Source: Oikopleura dioica (Eukaryota; Animalia; Chordata). From it: DNA of 64,000 nucleotides. The notes beneath the pieces are model-generated. The model was not told the DNA's origin and searched no databases. It saw only the letters and a program-made list of their open reading frames with translations. A program made the translations under genes and the position numbers. This document shows, in pieces, positions 24,643 through 37,559 of this stretch. Numbering within the stretch: position 1 is the first letter of the stretch; each line of letters starts with the position of its first letter. Where the stretch lies: NCBI GenBank assembly GCA_907165135.1, contig OU015569.1, positions 2,666,001 through 2,730,000 on the forward strand, read 5' to 3'.

Positions 24643-25884
24643 GATATCTTGTCCCTTCCTAGATATCTGCTAATAGCCCGTACTTAGAACGGTAAGTATT
24701 GTTTTATCGTAATGTGTGGAGAGGAAATTGCAAGGGCGTGAAAAGGGAAGCAGATAAGGTGGCAGCCTTTTGCAGTCATCCGTTCGTGGATAGACATTTT
24801 CAAACGATCCAAGCTCAACAAAATACGAAATGCACGGAGCGTGCCCGGTGGACAGGAGCGGTAGATATCCAGAGGTTCACTAAATATTACTGAAAAATAT
24901 CAAAAATATCGCCACAAAAAGGGAAATACAACAAACATCATCCACAATCGCCCCAGAATGGAAGTTCCAAGGAATGAGCTCGCAAAATTTGTATACCACT
25001 ACTGCTAGTAGCTGCTAGTTTCTGGGTTCTTTACTCACATCGGCACGGAAATAACGACCTCCGACCGCAGCTCCGTGAGGTTAGCGACGGAATTTCCAAC
25101 AGCTAACCTGGATAGAAGATAACATCCTTCTATAGGATTATATCTCGGCCCTATCTAAAATACCTCAAATGCAGCCGGATAATAATTGATGTTCTAGTTT
25201 TACAATCAGGATGTTAACCGATCCTAAACTCCCTATTTTCAAAAAGTAAAAGAACAGTACATTAAAATTTAAAAGTAGCTGTTCAAGTGGCACCAAAAGA
25301 CATCTACAGATATTGAATATTTAAATCAAAAGTATTTAAACTCTTTTGCCTAGCAAGCACTTTTTAGACATAGAGAGTCGAATAGTAAGATACAATTACA
25401 GAAAATGACTGTAGGCCGAAATGACTGATAAGAAGGTCAAAAAACCAGGTGGCGCCGAGTAAGGATGACCGCGTGAGCTCGAGCAAAAGTCTTCTTCGGA
25501 ATCCAAAGAGAAGCATACGAGTTCAAGACGTAGAAGAACGCACCTTCAAGCCGAGCGACGGCGATCCAGGCACAATACTGGCGGAGTACAGAGCAGAGTT
25601 GCTCGAGGGCGCTGATCTTAACCTCAAGTTCGGTACAGCCACAAAAATAAAAAGGCCCATTCTGTTGCATCATACGAGAAATACGATCTTGCTTAGCCCT
25701 CACTTTGGAAACGCGTAATTTTTTGCCCTTTTGAAAGATAACTCGTTTGCTTATGTTAGAGGAAGCTCAACAACAGGGACATAATTGGCTTCAAGTCTTC
25801 TTAGCGTAGGGCCTACTGTAGTTCTTTTCACGAAAAAAATTCTGTTCGGTTTCTTCTTCACGATGCTTGAAATACGATTTTTAA

Positions 25885-27175
25885 TTGTTCAGTGAAGAGT
25901 TTCCAAGTTTTTCTGATAATTGTCGTTATCGTCAATTGTCGAGTTGTGGTTGTACCCTCTCCGAGTTTATCTGCGATCTTGTCTCTGCTGGTGCAAACAT
26001 TAACGAGCCCGATTCGGACGGTAGCACGATCGCACACGAAGACATCGGGTTCAGAATGCGCATCGCTTGTTTCATCTAAAAGATATTCCCAATGATTTTC
26101 TCTTTGTTGTTGAACACGAGCTTGTTTCCTTCTTAGATGAACTTTTTAATTACGAGGGAATCGGGGTAAAAAGGAGGCCTGAAAGAAGCTTCCGGGAGTG
26201 AACCTTTTCCGTGTAAAAAAGATGATTACGTTTCCGGAAACAGGTCGAGTGAACTTTGAAAGGAAGAAACGCATACGAACCCGTCAGAAGCCTGCTTCGA
26301 CTGGCCGCTCAATGCCATTCAGAAGTTGACTTCCGAATTCGACCTGGCGCTGACCTTGTCAAATAATTTTGGCCTGACGCCGCTACATTCAGCACTTCTA
26401 AACACACGCACCGACATTATCGGTATTTAGTACCTCAGCAGCATAAACTGACAAACTGATTTTAGAATTTCTTGTCGCTGAATTCGATTGTGACATAACG
26501 CAAACTCAAGCTAACGGGTTGAAGAAAGAGCGCTGAATAAAATACGTCCGCGTTTTTTCCATTTTTTCGAGAAGTGCGCGTCATCTGGCATCGGTTTGAC
26601 AGGCACCAGAGCCAAGCAGTCATCGCGTGATATTTTCCACCGCTCCTAATCCCTTTTTCCAGTGACGCAACCTTTCTCATTCAACTTGATGTTCCATATA
26701 ATCGTGCATTGCGGCAAAGCACATTAACCCCCCAAAACTAGGGGGAGCGTAAAAGACCATTCAAAGGTGAAAATCACTCTTGAGAGAAAGCCAAAGCAAA
26801 TTGGCTTCTGGGAAAGCTCTAAAAGGCGCACTTAGTTCATGCACATGTCAGATGGGGAAGTAGAAACTATAAATAACAATAAGACAGAGGGTCAAATTTC
26901 TAATTTTTCTGTCGAACATAAAGGCTCAGTCGTTGTTACAATCTCTTATCAATCGTTTCTAAAGTCGATACTGAGTGGAATCTTCTCCACTTCTCCGCGT
27001 TGCACAATGCCTTTGGAAATGTGCACGTTTTGATCGATCTCGGCGTCGACGGATGGGCGGCGGACTCGTGCGGTCGCTCGCCCCTTCAGCTTTCCGTCCA
27101 GTATTGCAAAATGGAGAGCACGATCGTACTTTCAAAGGGCGTGGGTCACTTGCGGTCGCAAACATAAATACAGCT
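25885..27175 (+). CDS. Ankyrin-repeat gene, partial or degenerate
   Basis: Ankyrin-like segments GANINEPDSDGSTIAH, LSNNFGLTPLHSALLNTRTDII and NLLHFSALHNAFGNVHVLIDLGVDGWAADSCGRSPLQLSV. I could not join them into one clean frame. Confidence 0.45.
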
Positions 27176-28399
27176 TATAATGCTCATGGAGTCACTGGAA
27201 TCACTGTGTTCCTTCCTAAGCCTCTTTTGAGCGACTCACGATTCGGCGAAAAGTCGCAACTGCCGCATAAACAATCAGCCACCACGCCAACGTTCTCAAT
27301 CTTAGCAGTGTATAACATACAGTAGCTGGATATTGGGGCCAGTTGCTTCAATAAGTGACATTCTGAGCACCTTTTGAAAGGCGACAAAAAACGACGACGC
27401 GCCTATCCGTATTGCATAGCCTCTCGGTTTTGAATTTTTGAAATTTTTTTGAACATTGTCGATTACTGAATTGTTAAACAAAATGTTTGCTGCTTGCGTT
27501 GAACAGCAAAGTAGAGTAGTAGGAGTCCTGCAAGTGACCCTCTTGAATAGTACTGTCTAAACGAAGACACTGCTGTACTTCTTAAGGATTCCTTCCTAGA
27601 TATGACCCTTATAACTTGGATTTCCATCAATCAGGCATGTTTTCTAACGAAATTCAGGAACTGTAGACATGGTTAACCGGACTAGCGTTCTTTTCATACG
27701 TAAAAATAAGGGTCTCACTATGTAAAATGTTGATTCGAATTGATATTCTTAAAATGAAAACAATCAAAGCCCGTGCTCGCTGATTACTTGCTAAAGAAGA
27801 CGATCGGCCAGACGTATCTGTCAGAAGACCAGTTCGACTTCAGCGTCATCTTGCCCAACAAAGATTTGGAGCATTTCAACATCGTAAGTGTCTCACGTTC
27901 TGCGGTTCTGGAATAATCAAAATCACGCATTTCGCTAATTCGTTCCGGAATTTTTGGCCGATCAAAAAAATCCAATGTCAAAGATCCTTGGTCGATCTGA
28001 CCGGAAGTGTCACGTTCCGCTTTGTGGAAATTAAATTCAACTCGCAGTCGCTGCATTTTTTGATTGAATGATTAAGGGTGTCACTTTTGAAAAATGGTCG
28101 TGACATTTTTTTATAAAAAAAAGAACGCTTGAAAAGTAAGATAAAGAACGTGCTCAAAAAAGGGTAAAGTGAGAAGGGAGAGTATATAAAGCTTGATAAA
28201 GTGACCAAAAGTGGTTGTCGGGCAGTTTAATCACACGAATCAGTCCACGCTAAATATGTTTCTGGGCCGCAGATAGCGATTAAATGAGCTACGTATATCT
28301 CCAGCGCACACACGTTTTATCGCGCTCCCACGCATCGGTTATGACTCCAGTTTTTTTGCTTAGTTGGAGGCGATTCTCTTCCTCGACTCGCCGCTAGTG

Positions 28400-29830
28400 A
28401 TGAACAGTGCAGTCCGTTCCTTCATCCTCTTCACCTGCCGCCTTCTCAATCGACCTCTCAAATCCACTGCTTTCATCGCAATCGCTTTCCAGCTCTTCCT
28501 CGCTCTCGCCTCTCCAATTTTCGGGCTTCCTCATGTAAGTACTAAAAACCACGCTTGTATACCCATCCAGTCGGTTAGAAACATACATAATTACGGTTTT
28601 ACTATTTGGATTACGGAAAAACTCGTCAATAGACATTTTAAACCGCGCCTATTACATTCCACTACGAAAAAGAGCTTATGCTAGATTTTCGGATTTTGCG
28701 AGAATTTACAGTTCAAGTGTAAAAGTGGAATCTTAATATCTGATTGGAAATTTTGCAATCAAACGCGCCACGAACACGTTAGGCTCAAGTGCTCTGGAAA
28801 CGTTTTATGGACATTCAAAGAGCCGCCAAGTACATGTCTTCCTCTGCCTTAATGTCCAGTATACGCGTTGTCAAATTTTCGCCAAGAGCACTAGAAATTC
28901 AATTACCGTAGTAGCAAGAGGCAGCTACTCAAAAACTCTTGTTTTATTGGCATTTGTTGGAACGTGTAGCAACCCTCGCTGCCGGATTTATAGCTGTGTC
29001 ATTTTGACAATAAGGGGAGAGTATTTAGGACAAGCTCATTTTAGAACAAGTTTCCTAGAGGAATTTGCTAGTAGCTGGTGATTTAGGGAGATCCATAATT
29101 TATTTGTAGAAAATTACATGAAGCGAATTCCATGATAGAATATCTGGGAAGGGGCTCAAGTCAATTTTAGCTGTAATTTCTAGCTGTTATGCCTTTTAGA
29201 AAGTAATTTGATTGAGCATGGGGAGCATAACTAATCGACAGCTGAGGACAGCGCACTAAGCCGGCGTAAAACGCGAGCAGATCTATCGCATTTAGCTTAA
29301 ACGATCGTTTAAGCCGCTTGGATCCACAATTGCAAAAGTCGTCGTCGTTCTGCTCGCTCCCGTAGTGCTCCTTAGTGGCAGCTCCTTTAAAAAAGCCTGT
29401 AAATCTCGATTGGACGCCTTCAAACAGGTCGGTGGAAAATCGGACATAGCTCGGAACTTAAGAAGAGTCAGTCCTTGGCTAATCAATTTTAAGACATTTG
29501 TCAACTCCTACAATACCGACGAAATTGCCTACCCAGATTTCGACCCTACTCACGCGCATCAACAAATCGAAACCATTTCCAACGCGAAGCTTACTTTCAA
29601 GGTAAAACAGAAGAAGAACTTGGTAATTAACGGGTCGCACGATTCTTGAGACCAGTCACATGTGCATCAAAGGCTTCTCTCCCGTGAGCTTTGAGCCGTT
29701 TAGACCACCCTTAAGAAGTCCCTTAGTAAACATTGTTTCAGTCCTGCGACTTTGCATATGGAGCTGGAACGTTTTTATTCATTCCTGTATCTGCCGCTCT
29801 AGACTTTCTTCCCGCCGCCGCAGACTACAG
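28400..29830 (+). other. Possible secreted or membrane protein gene
   Basis: Hydrophobic 45-aa first exon 28400-28534 ending at a strong GTAAGT donor. In-frame downstream frames at 29297-29601 and from 29651, linked by a 49-nt GT-AG intron. No domain recognised. Confidence 0.3.
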
Positions 29831-30980
29831 GTAATCGTCGGTCGCACATTACAGTAAAATCGAAAAGGACAGAAATGTTACCAACCGCAAATTACTGGTG
29901 GCGGGCGCGAAATCAGCCGCTGGCAAATATTCGCGAAATTCACGTTCTTCTTTAGTTATATTCCCGTCGTTCTTGGATCTAGTCTCATACTGCTCAAATT
30001 CTGCGATATTTGTAGACTTTGCTCGACAGGTTAGATATAGCGATTTGTAGTTGTAGCAAAATCCCTGTTCATTTATTGAAGAGTCCAATGAATTTCAATA
30101 TCGGTCGTTTAGTAGGCCGCTTTATGGAGTCCGTGGTCTGCTTTAGCTCGATCTTGTTGTTTGGACTTATCCTACTATCAGTGGCCTTGTTCGTTGCCAT
30201 CTATTCTGATCGCTCAGGAAAAAGTCATGATACTTACAGACGTTCTAATAATAATCGTGTGGTCCACTTGTGCAGTTACATGAAACCACAGTAGAAACAG
30301 TAATTACTCATTTTAATTTCTAAAAACAATTTTTGGCGGAAATGTTTTTTATTGAATTAGACTTATGTTATTTTCAAAAATCATATTTTGAAAATCACAT
30401 TCTTTTCTTTAAATTTTAGAGGCGCTTCTTTTTCGCATAATTTTGTTTGGAATGCGCCCTGTTAAATTCAACACGTTCTTCTGCTTTAAAATTGCGAATA
30501 TTCGCGTCAACAGGATTAATATTCCAACTGAACGAAATCTTCTTAAAACGGAGCCGCTTAGAGAGCCAAAGGGAGAATTACTGTTACGGCCGCTGTTTAA
30601 CAGACAGAAGCTCTTCTATACAAAATGAGGGTCAACATGGATCATTCAAGAGTCTAAATACGCCATCCATAAATGCTATCCTTCTCATTCAACATGCTCA
30701 AAATCAAAAAGCTATAAATCCACTCTTGCCTTCAAAAACGTTACTTAAAGATGAGCTCCTGAGTCATTTACTCGTTATTTCATCAGGAGAGGATTTTCTG
30801 CTGAGAAACGTAAAAATGAGCTAATCGCCAATGAAAATACCTTTTATTTGAAGACTAATTTCATTTTGAACGGCGCGGTACTTACCATCTTCGCCGGATT
30901 AATTGGATTATTTTAAGTCGATTTCTTTAAGGAGTCGCTTCAGCAAAGATTAAGTTGACCGCTCAGAACAGCATCGTTTG

Positions 30981-31195
30981 ATGGGCTCAGCAACCTGTGT
31001 AGAACCTGTGTGTTAATCAGGGTCTGAGAGGTCTTTTAAGAAAAGCCGCGTAGCGGGTTTTAGGAATGAAGCCGCGAAGCGTCTTCGCCAGAATTGAGAA
31101 AATAGATGGAAGTGATAATTTTGCGAAGTCGCAGCTTTTCAATAAAGACCATTCAGACTCTGACTCAGGTTTTCTGCACAGGTTGCCGAGTCCAG
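30981..31195. mobile_element. hAT-type MITE, family A, copy 6 (215 bp)
   Basis: Family TIRs; TSD ATCGTTTG / ATCCTTTG (7 of 8 match). Confidence 0.85.
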
Positions 31196-32970
31196 ATCCT
31201 TTGATGACTATTACTTCATTTGATAAAACTTGAGTTGCTCCTAAACATGACTTCTGGGCGCGTTTAAATTGAATTAATTAAAATCATTACCTAGTTTCAA
31301 GTTAGCATTTAGAAAATACCGCTCAAGTACTTCTTTATTTATGGCAAGCGATAATTCGGGTTGGGTAATGTTTCCATTTCCGTGAATGCCGCGTCTTTTA
31401 TCGGTCATCAATTCAAAAATGGAAAAATGAGCAAGTTTCAGGGAAGTCGCATCTGCGGCGCAAACACAGCAGCAGCTCGACGACCTCGGTGGCTAGAGGG
31501 TCAGCCACAGCAAGTCTGGAGCTTTTGCGACCGAAACATGAACCCTGAAAAAGGACCTTGGTCTCGTAATTTTCACTGAGAGCATTTTTTCTTTTGAAAT
31601 ATCTTCTACTAGAGTTTTTTGTTTCTTTTAGATCAACGAGGAAATGAGCGAAGAGTTGGTTTCGTCATTTTAGACACTCGATAGTTTTAGGTTTAAGTAC
31701 CGTGTTCATTTTTGGGGCGCTGTTTGAAGAGAGAGAGAGAGCCAATTTTCGGTGGTATCGAAGATCCGATAACCTCTTTAGAATTGATCGCGGAAACGGG
31801 CACCTCCTCCCCGATAAGGCCTTAGGTCTGCTTAATCACGTAATTTGAATGGGCGGACAACGGAACTCGCACTTTTATCGTACCCCTGTGTACCTTTAAA
31901 AATCAATTGGCGACTCAGCAGCGTGTGATACGAGAGACGGCGCTGATAAGCCCGCTATAATTATGACTTTCGCAAAATAGAACTGGGCTCAATTTCGTGT
32001 TACATCGCCACTGCTACCTTTCTCGGCATCCTTACCAGTGCTGCGCTTAGGACGTCAAGTTCGAGTTCTGAATTATTCTCCGAAGCGTTTTCTCTCGCGC
32101 GATCGAGAATAAAATTCAGAACTCTTCGAGCAGTATAGACATTGAACGCGAGAACACACGTCGGTTGGGATTCTTCGCGCTGCAGATGATGTACGACTCC
32201 GAAAAAGGTATTAGCCTTCATATAAACCATCTTCTCTTCACGGTGTTTTTATAAAAGAGCTCAATTGCGTCAGACTTTCGTGGATAAACGAGTGCCTTTT
32301 CCAAAAACAATTTCCGAACAACTCAAAGATTCAGGAACCGGCGCTCACGTGATTAAACGATGAGGAGGATTCCTCAGATTTTTATGCGAATAACTCCGGT
32401 AAAAGATTTGCTTCATCGAGCGATGGAGTATGACATGAACGACGAACTCAATCCAGAAGAAAACATCTGCTGAGCTCTCTTCATTCATTTCGAGTTTATT
32501 TAGAAAGATTGAATAAAACGAAAATTACTAGGCAATCAAACTGTTTATCTACGTCAATTAAACTCTCAAACTTAAAGCGTGGCCTAAGTCCATTTATTTC
32601 GGGAGTTATTTGAAATTGAGCCTATGACTAGTGAAGTAAATAAGACGAAAAATTAAGCGGAAGCTTCACGTTTTCTAGGAACAGTGGAATCTCTTGGGAA
32701 GGAGCGCGGGGCGACGCGCGCGCTAGAATTCGCGTAAATGGACAGCGACACCAAGCGCGCGGCGACGGCTGCGGCGTGATCTAACACGCGCGCCACCGGA
32801 CGTACCTTATATTTAAGCGACGACCTCGCTAGGTCATACAGATTGCAGAACAGGGCCCAGAGAACAGAGATATTCGCAACGTTGAATTTGTGAAAACGAC
32901 TGTATTGTCGGATTTTCCACCATTTGTTTCTATTTTTTGTACAGCTGAGAAGTGAATTCATCGTGCGAAA

Positions 32971-35181
32971 ATGAAGCTTTCTGAAATTGTTCTACTGGCC
33001 AGCTCGGCGCAGGGCGCTTGGAGAGATAAATGGGTCAACAAGCAGTTGATGTTCTCGGCGAGATCGTCCGGCGACATGGCGAACTGCGTAGAAACGGCGA
33101 AGAATATCACATTGAAGAACCCAATAGAGTTGGGAAAGTGGTCTTGCTCTGATGCCTCGTCCGGTACTGTAAGTTGCAGAGCCTCCTGCCTGGAAGAAGG
33201 CGAACGTGGCCAGTGGCAAAAGATGGAGTTTAAAGTTTTGTGCAAGCCAACGCGACCTCAACCAACAAAAGTCAAAATGAAGGGGCCAAAATCGTGCCTG
33301 AAGCCTAAATCCTGCTTTGACAAAGAAAGAGAGAAATCAAAATCATCCGTAAGTGCATGAAAATCTTAAATTTGATCTTTATTTGCTCATTTTGTTCGTA
33401 CGGAAAAACGGATCAAGCTCCACGTAACTTTTAAATCTCAAATTTTAGAGCTAAGTTAAATAAATAGAACGTCTTGAATCGATGAAATTAAAAGAAGATC
33501 TTTTAGGGTGAAGTCAGTGTTCTCGATAAACACAGTATTCTCCACGGACACTGGGGAAATTGCCGAGGAAACACGAAGAAAGAAACGTGTCGTGCCATGT
33601 GTAATGATGGATATGAAGCTGAATGGAGAAGCAATGCTCCCGTTTCATTGACCATCGACTGCAAGAAGAAAAAACAGAAAATGTCACCTAAAGCGTCTGC
33701 AATCAGAGGAAGAATAGGTAATTAAAATTCGAGTCTTTCTTATTCCAAATTTTATTCTTGATAAAAATATTTTTGAGAAAAAATTTATAAATTAATTTTT
33801 AAGCTTGCAAGCCTTCCTTGGAGCAGTTGTGTAAAAAGCCAGAGATTGAAACCCCAAGCGGAAGCCTGTCATTCGTCGGAATGGCTGGAGATAATGATGA
33901 ACGTCATGTGTATGATCTCGTCTGCGACGATGGCTCAGTCATGGGCCAAGGTGAATGCGAAAACGGATTATGGGGATCTACTCTGCAGGATTGGCCTAAT
34001 TCCTGTGCACGATTTGATTGCTCTGTGGATGACGTAAACGAACTCTACCCACTCTCGAACGGACAATGGAAGTGCACCGACGACGATGGAAATAAGAACT
34101 GCGTCCCTGATTGTAACAATCCCAACTCTAATGTAAGATATCTCGTGACGTGCAGTGCGTACGGCGATAAGATCGGATGGCATATCTCGGTTGGCCAGGC
34201 GTTTGTCGCTTCAGATGACTGTCTAGCGGATGGAGAGGAGGCGCCGATTCCGGAGTTCAAGAAAACAACGAAACTTTTACCTCCTGGACTCAAGACATGT
34301 TCTGAAGCAACAAACTTCCCAGGAGGAGTTGGTGGAGCACGACTCATTGGCGGCGATAGAATCGTCGGCGGAGAAACCGCCGAGGCGCATAGTATGCCAT
34401 GGATGGCTTTGCTGGGCGTGAAGACAACAAGCGGTTGGACCGGCCAGTGCGCCGGCTCAATCATTGCTGATCGATGGGTAGTCACTGCTGCCCATTGTTG
34501 CAGAGGCATCGTCAGTATCACCGCCAAGTTTGGTGAGCACGATCGATGGGGAAGCTCGGCCGAAGAGTTTGCGCTCACGACGAAACAGATGTTCATCCAC
34601 CCAAAATACTACGATGCTACTGACGACGGCACGAAGATGAACTACGACGTTTGTTTGCTGCGATTCGACGAAAACATCATCGACAAGGCACCAAACAAGG
34701 ATGTCGTCAAGACGGCCTGCCTCCCAACAGAAGATGTTACCCATGGAGATGCTTGCTGGGTCGGTGGCTGGGGAGCCACTCGATACGGTAGCGGTGCAGC
34801 ACGTCTACTTCAATCCGTTGGCATTAATATTTTCGATCACGCTTACTGTCAGAAACACTCAAATACTATCATCCCAAGACCAGGTAAGATATTCGCAAGG
34901 AAGAATTTCGAAATGTAGTTTCTTTCTCTACGAACGTGTTTAATTAAGATGACATCTGCGCGGGCCAGCCCGACTACGACGGGGACAACCTTATCGATGG
35001 TGGTTTCGATGCTTGTCAAGGTGACTCAGGAGGAGCCCTCATCTGCGAGCGAAACGGCTTCGCCACTGTTGTCGGTGTCGTTTCGCGCGGAAACGGCTGC
35101 GCGTGGAAGGGTGAGCCTGGACTCTACACATCAACCTTTGTCACGAGAGACTGGATTACAGAAACCGTCAGTAATAATTGA
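32971..35181 (+). CDS. Secreted modular trypsin-like serine protease with N-terminal sushi/CCP-like modules, 4 exons
   Basis: Signal peptide; activation site R-IVGG; TAAHC, NYDVCLL and DACQGDSGG (triad intact, Asp in the S1 pocket). Repeated G-x-W-x-C..C-x3-C modules. Exons approximately 32971-33351, 33509-33717, 33804-34883, 34949-35181. Confidence 0.92.
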
Positions 35182-36490
35182 TTATTCTGATTCCCTTTTT
35201 TAAATTTATTGTTTATGCCTGTAAAACTTCTGTACATAATAATTTACAATTAAATTTCCTAAAAAAACTGGAGAGATGTTTTTGTTTATCGTCAGGGATT
35301 TTATTATTGAGTATCGGGAAAGGAGATATTTGTTTATATACAAGATGGAACAGTCATCTGGATCAAGGATGTTCTATTCGCGTAGGACGAAGGGGGAAGT
35401 AGGCTCAGGCTCAGTAACGTAAATCTCGGAAGCCATTATCTGCGTCGGCGGCAAAGGCTAGCGAAATAAACAGATGAGGTTTCTCTCCAAACTCAAGCTT
35501 ACGAAATACGCTTCTAAGTCCTTACTTCATCTACTTTACCATTTCAGTAGTGACAGCCATCGAACGAGCCTTCAGAACTAAGGAAGAGAGAATTGACGCT
35601 AGCAAGTGATGTTTTCATTTCTTCGTAATCATTATTTTTTTATTCGCAAGCAAAATTAAGGTGAGCTTTTGAAAATAAGTATATAATTTATTTTTACGAT
35701 ATTAATCATCACTTATGATGAATAAGTAAGGGCGAACTAGAGTTCTTTCTGATCAACCTAATGGCAATCAATTAATTTGATTCTAACTGAAGATAGTGAA
35801 TATTTAAACAGTTGCCAAGTAAATTTGGTTTCTTTGGGATTCTCTTTTCCAAGTTTATATGGTACTATAAACTAAAACGTGCAAGGTAGTTGTTAATCAA
35901 ACCGATAAGCAGGTCACTACAAGCCTTAGCAGGAAGCTGAAGAAAATTGGGGAGCGATTTGCTTTTATGGCGATATCACTGTCCTTTGAGCTTCATCGTG
36001 AAAAAAACAATGTATTGTTTGTCCTGTGGTACTTGTTGCTGTACTGAGGCGAAGGCTGAGGGCGTCACCTCTTTTAAAGCCATCGAAAAGGTCGACACAG
36101 TTCTAATTAAGAGCACTGCTATTTAGCAAAACTCTCTCCAGCAAACGAATTTAGAAGGCGTGGCCTAGCCACTTTGCCCAGGCGTACGTAGTGATAAAAC
36201 GAATATTTCTTTTTACGTTTATGCACTAGACGCGAGGGCAACTCATTGCATAATTTTTCTTTCTAGCATCGGAAATGCTTATCAATCAAAATTACTTTGT
36301 GAGGTTCGGATGTGAAAATTCGCGAGAAGTGGTTCAAAATCTATATTTTGATAGATTCTTTAACATTGATCAAATCTTCTCGAGAAGAGTCTGTATTTCC
36401 CAAAACGATTCAAACGAAAAACGGCGGACACAAAATAAAAAAAAAAAAGCAAAAGCCAGTTTCAGAAATTAATATTTTTTTACTGGGAAC

Positions 36491-37559
36491 ATGAAAGAGA
36501 TATCGAAAACCCTGAAAGTGAATGAGAGTTATATCACATCTTATGGGTTGATTGGGAAATGTGATCATTGTGGAAAGTTAGTAAAATACTGAAATTAAAA
36601 ATTTAGTAGAGTTCGGAATAAATAGCACAATTTATTATTTAGCGCAAGAGGATCAACTGCGATTTTATGGAGCCGTCGATACTGCAATATTTGCGCTGCC
36701 AAATATTATCCGAATTTATCTGCAACAAGGTTTGAGGAAACCGATGCTAAATTCAAATGCCGGGCTGGTATCGACAAAGGTTGTGGCGCAGACCAACTAA
36801 GTTACACAGAGTTCCACATTGGCTCATGCTGTCAGAATGCTGCTACTGTAATTGAAAAGCGTATGGACAAGATAACTTTTAATGACTTACCGAAATCTAT
36901 TGAAGTTTTAACATAGAAAAATTTTAGATAAATATGAGGTCCTTGCGATTGTCAACGAAATTTATGAAAAAACTCGGAAGCAAGAAGGCATTGCAGAAAT
37001 GAAAGCTGAAGATGCAAAGAAAAAGGTAGACGAGAGCAAGAAATTGATGGAAGAGGCAAAGAAAAAGGTAGAGGAAGGCAAGAAATTGGTGGAAGAGGCA
37101 AAGAAAATGATGGAAAAGGCTAAAAAAGCTGACGAAGATGCAAAAAGAGAGGCAGCGAAGAGCAACAAAGAGCTGGAGAAGATAAAAACATTTCGCAAGA
37201 AAGTTCAAAAGAGGTCCTTGTTCCTCACAAAAGACGCAATGAAGGAGGATAACAACGATGACGGTAGGATTTATCAAAATTTTATAAGCGCGATAGTCTT
37301 GATTACAACAATAAGGTTATTTTCAAAAGAAATTTTAGAACTGCCTGAGCCGAAAAGGCCTAGAACTGATAGAGAAGAAGAAAACAAACCCAACTGCAAA
37401 GTCTGCTTCGAGATTTTCGATGAAAATCACCCTGAAGCTGTTCTCACTACCTGCGGTCACAAAGCCTGCTACAACTGTCTCTTTTCTCTTCCTCGGAATT
37501 CATGTCCGACCTGTCGTAAGGCATTCAGAAAACGAAACATTCTTAAGGTCTTTGACTGA
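36491..37559 (+). CDS. Cys-rich N-terminus + coiled coil + C-terminal RING-HC protein (paralog 2)
   Basis: RING CKVC..LTTCGHKACYNC..SCPTCR; K/E-rich coiled coil; N-terminal CDHCG/CNIC/C..C/GSCC in the same order as the 14357-15281 gene. Confidence 0.85.
37010..37125 (+). repeat. Coding 42-bp (14-aa) tandem repeat in the coiled coil
   Basis: GCAAAGAAAAAGGTAGA..GCAAGAAATTG.TGGAAGAG repeated about 2.5 times, encoding AKKKVDESKKLMEE / AKKKVEEGKKLVEE / AKKMMEK. Confidence 0.75.

Noticed and set aside
29849-32470. Short ORFs at 29849-30824, 31361-31579 and 32000-32470
   Set aside because: No recognisable motifs and conflicting strand signals; I could not build a supportable gene model.
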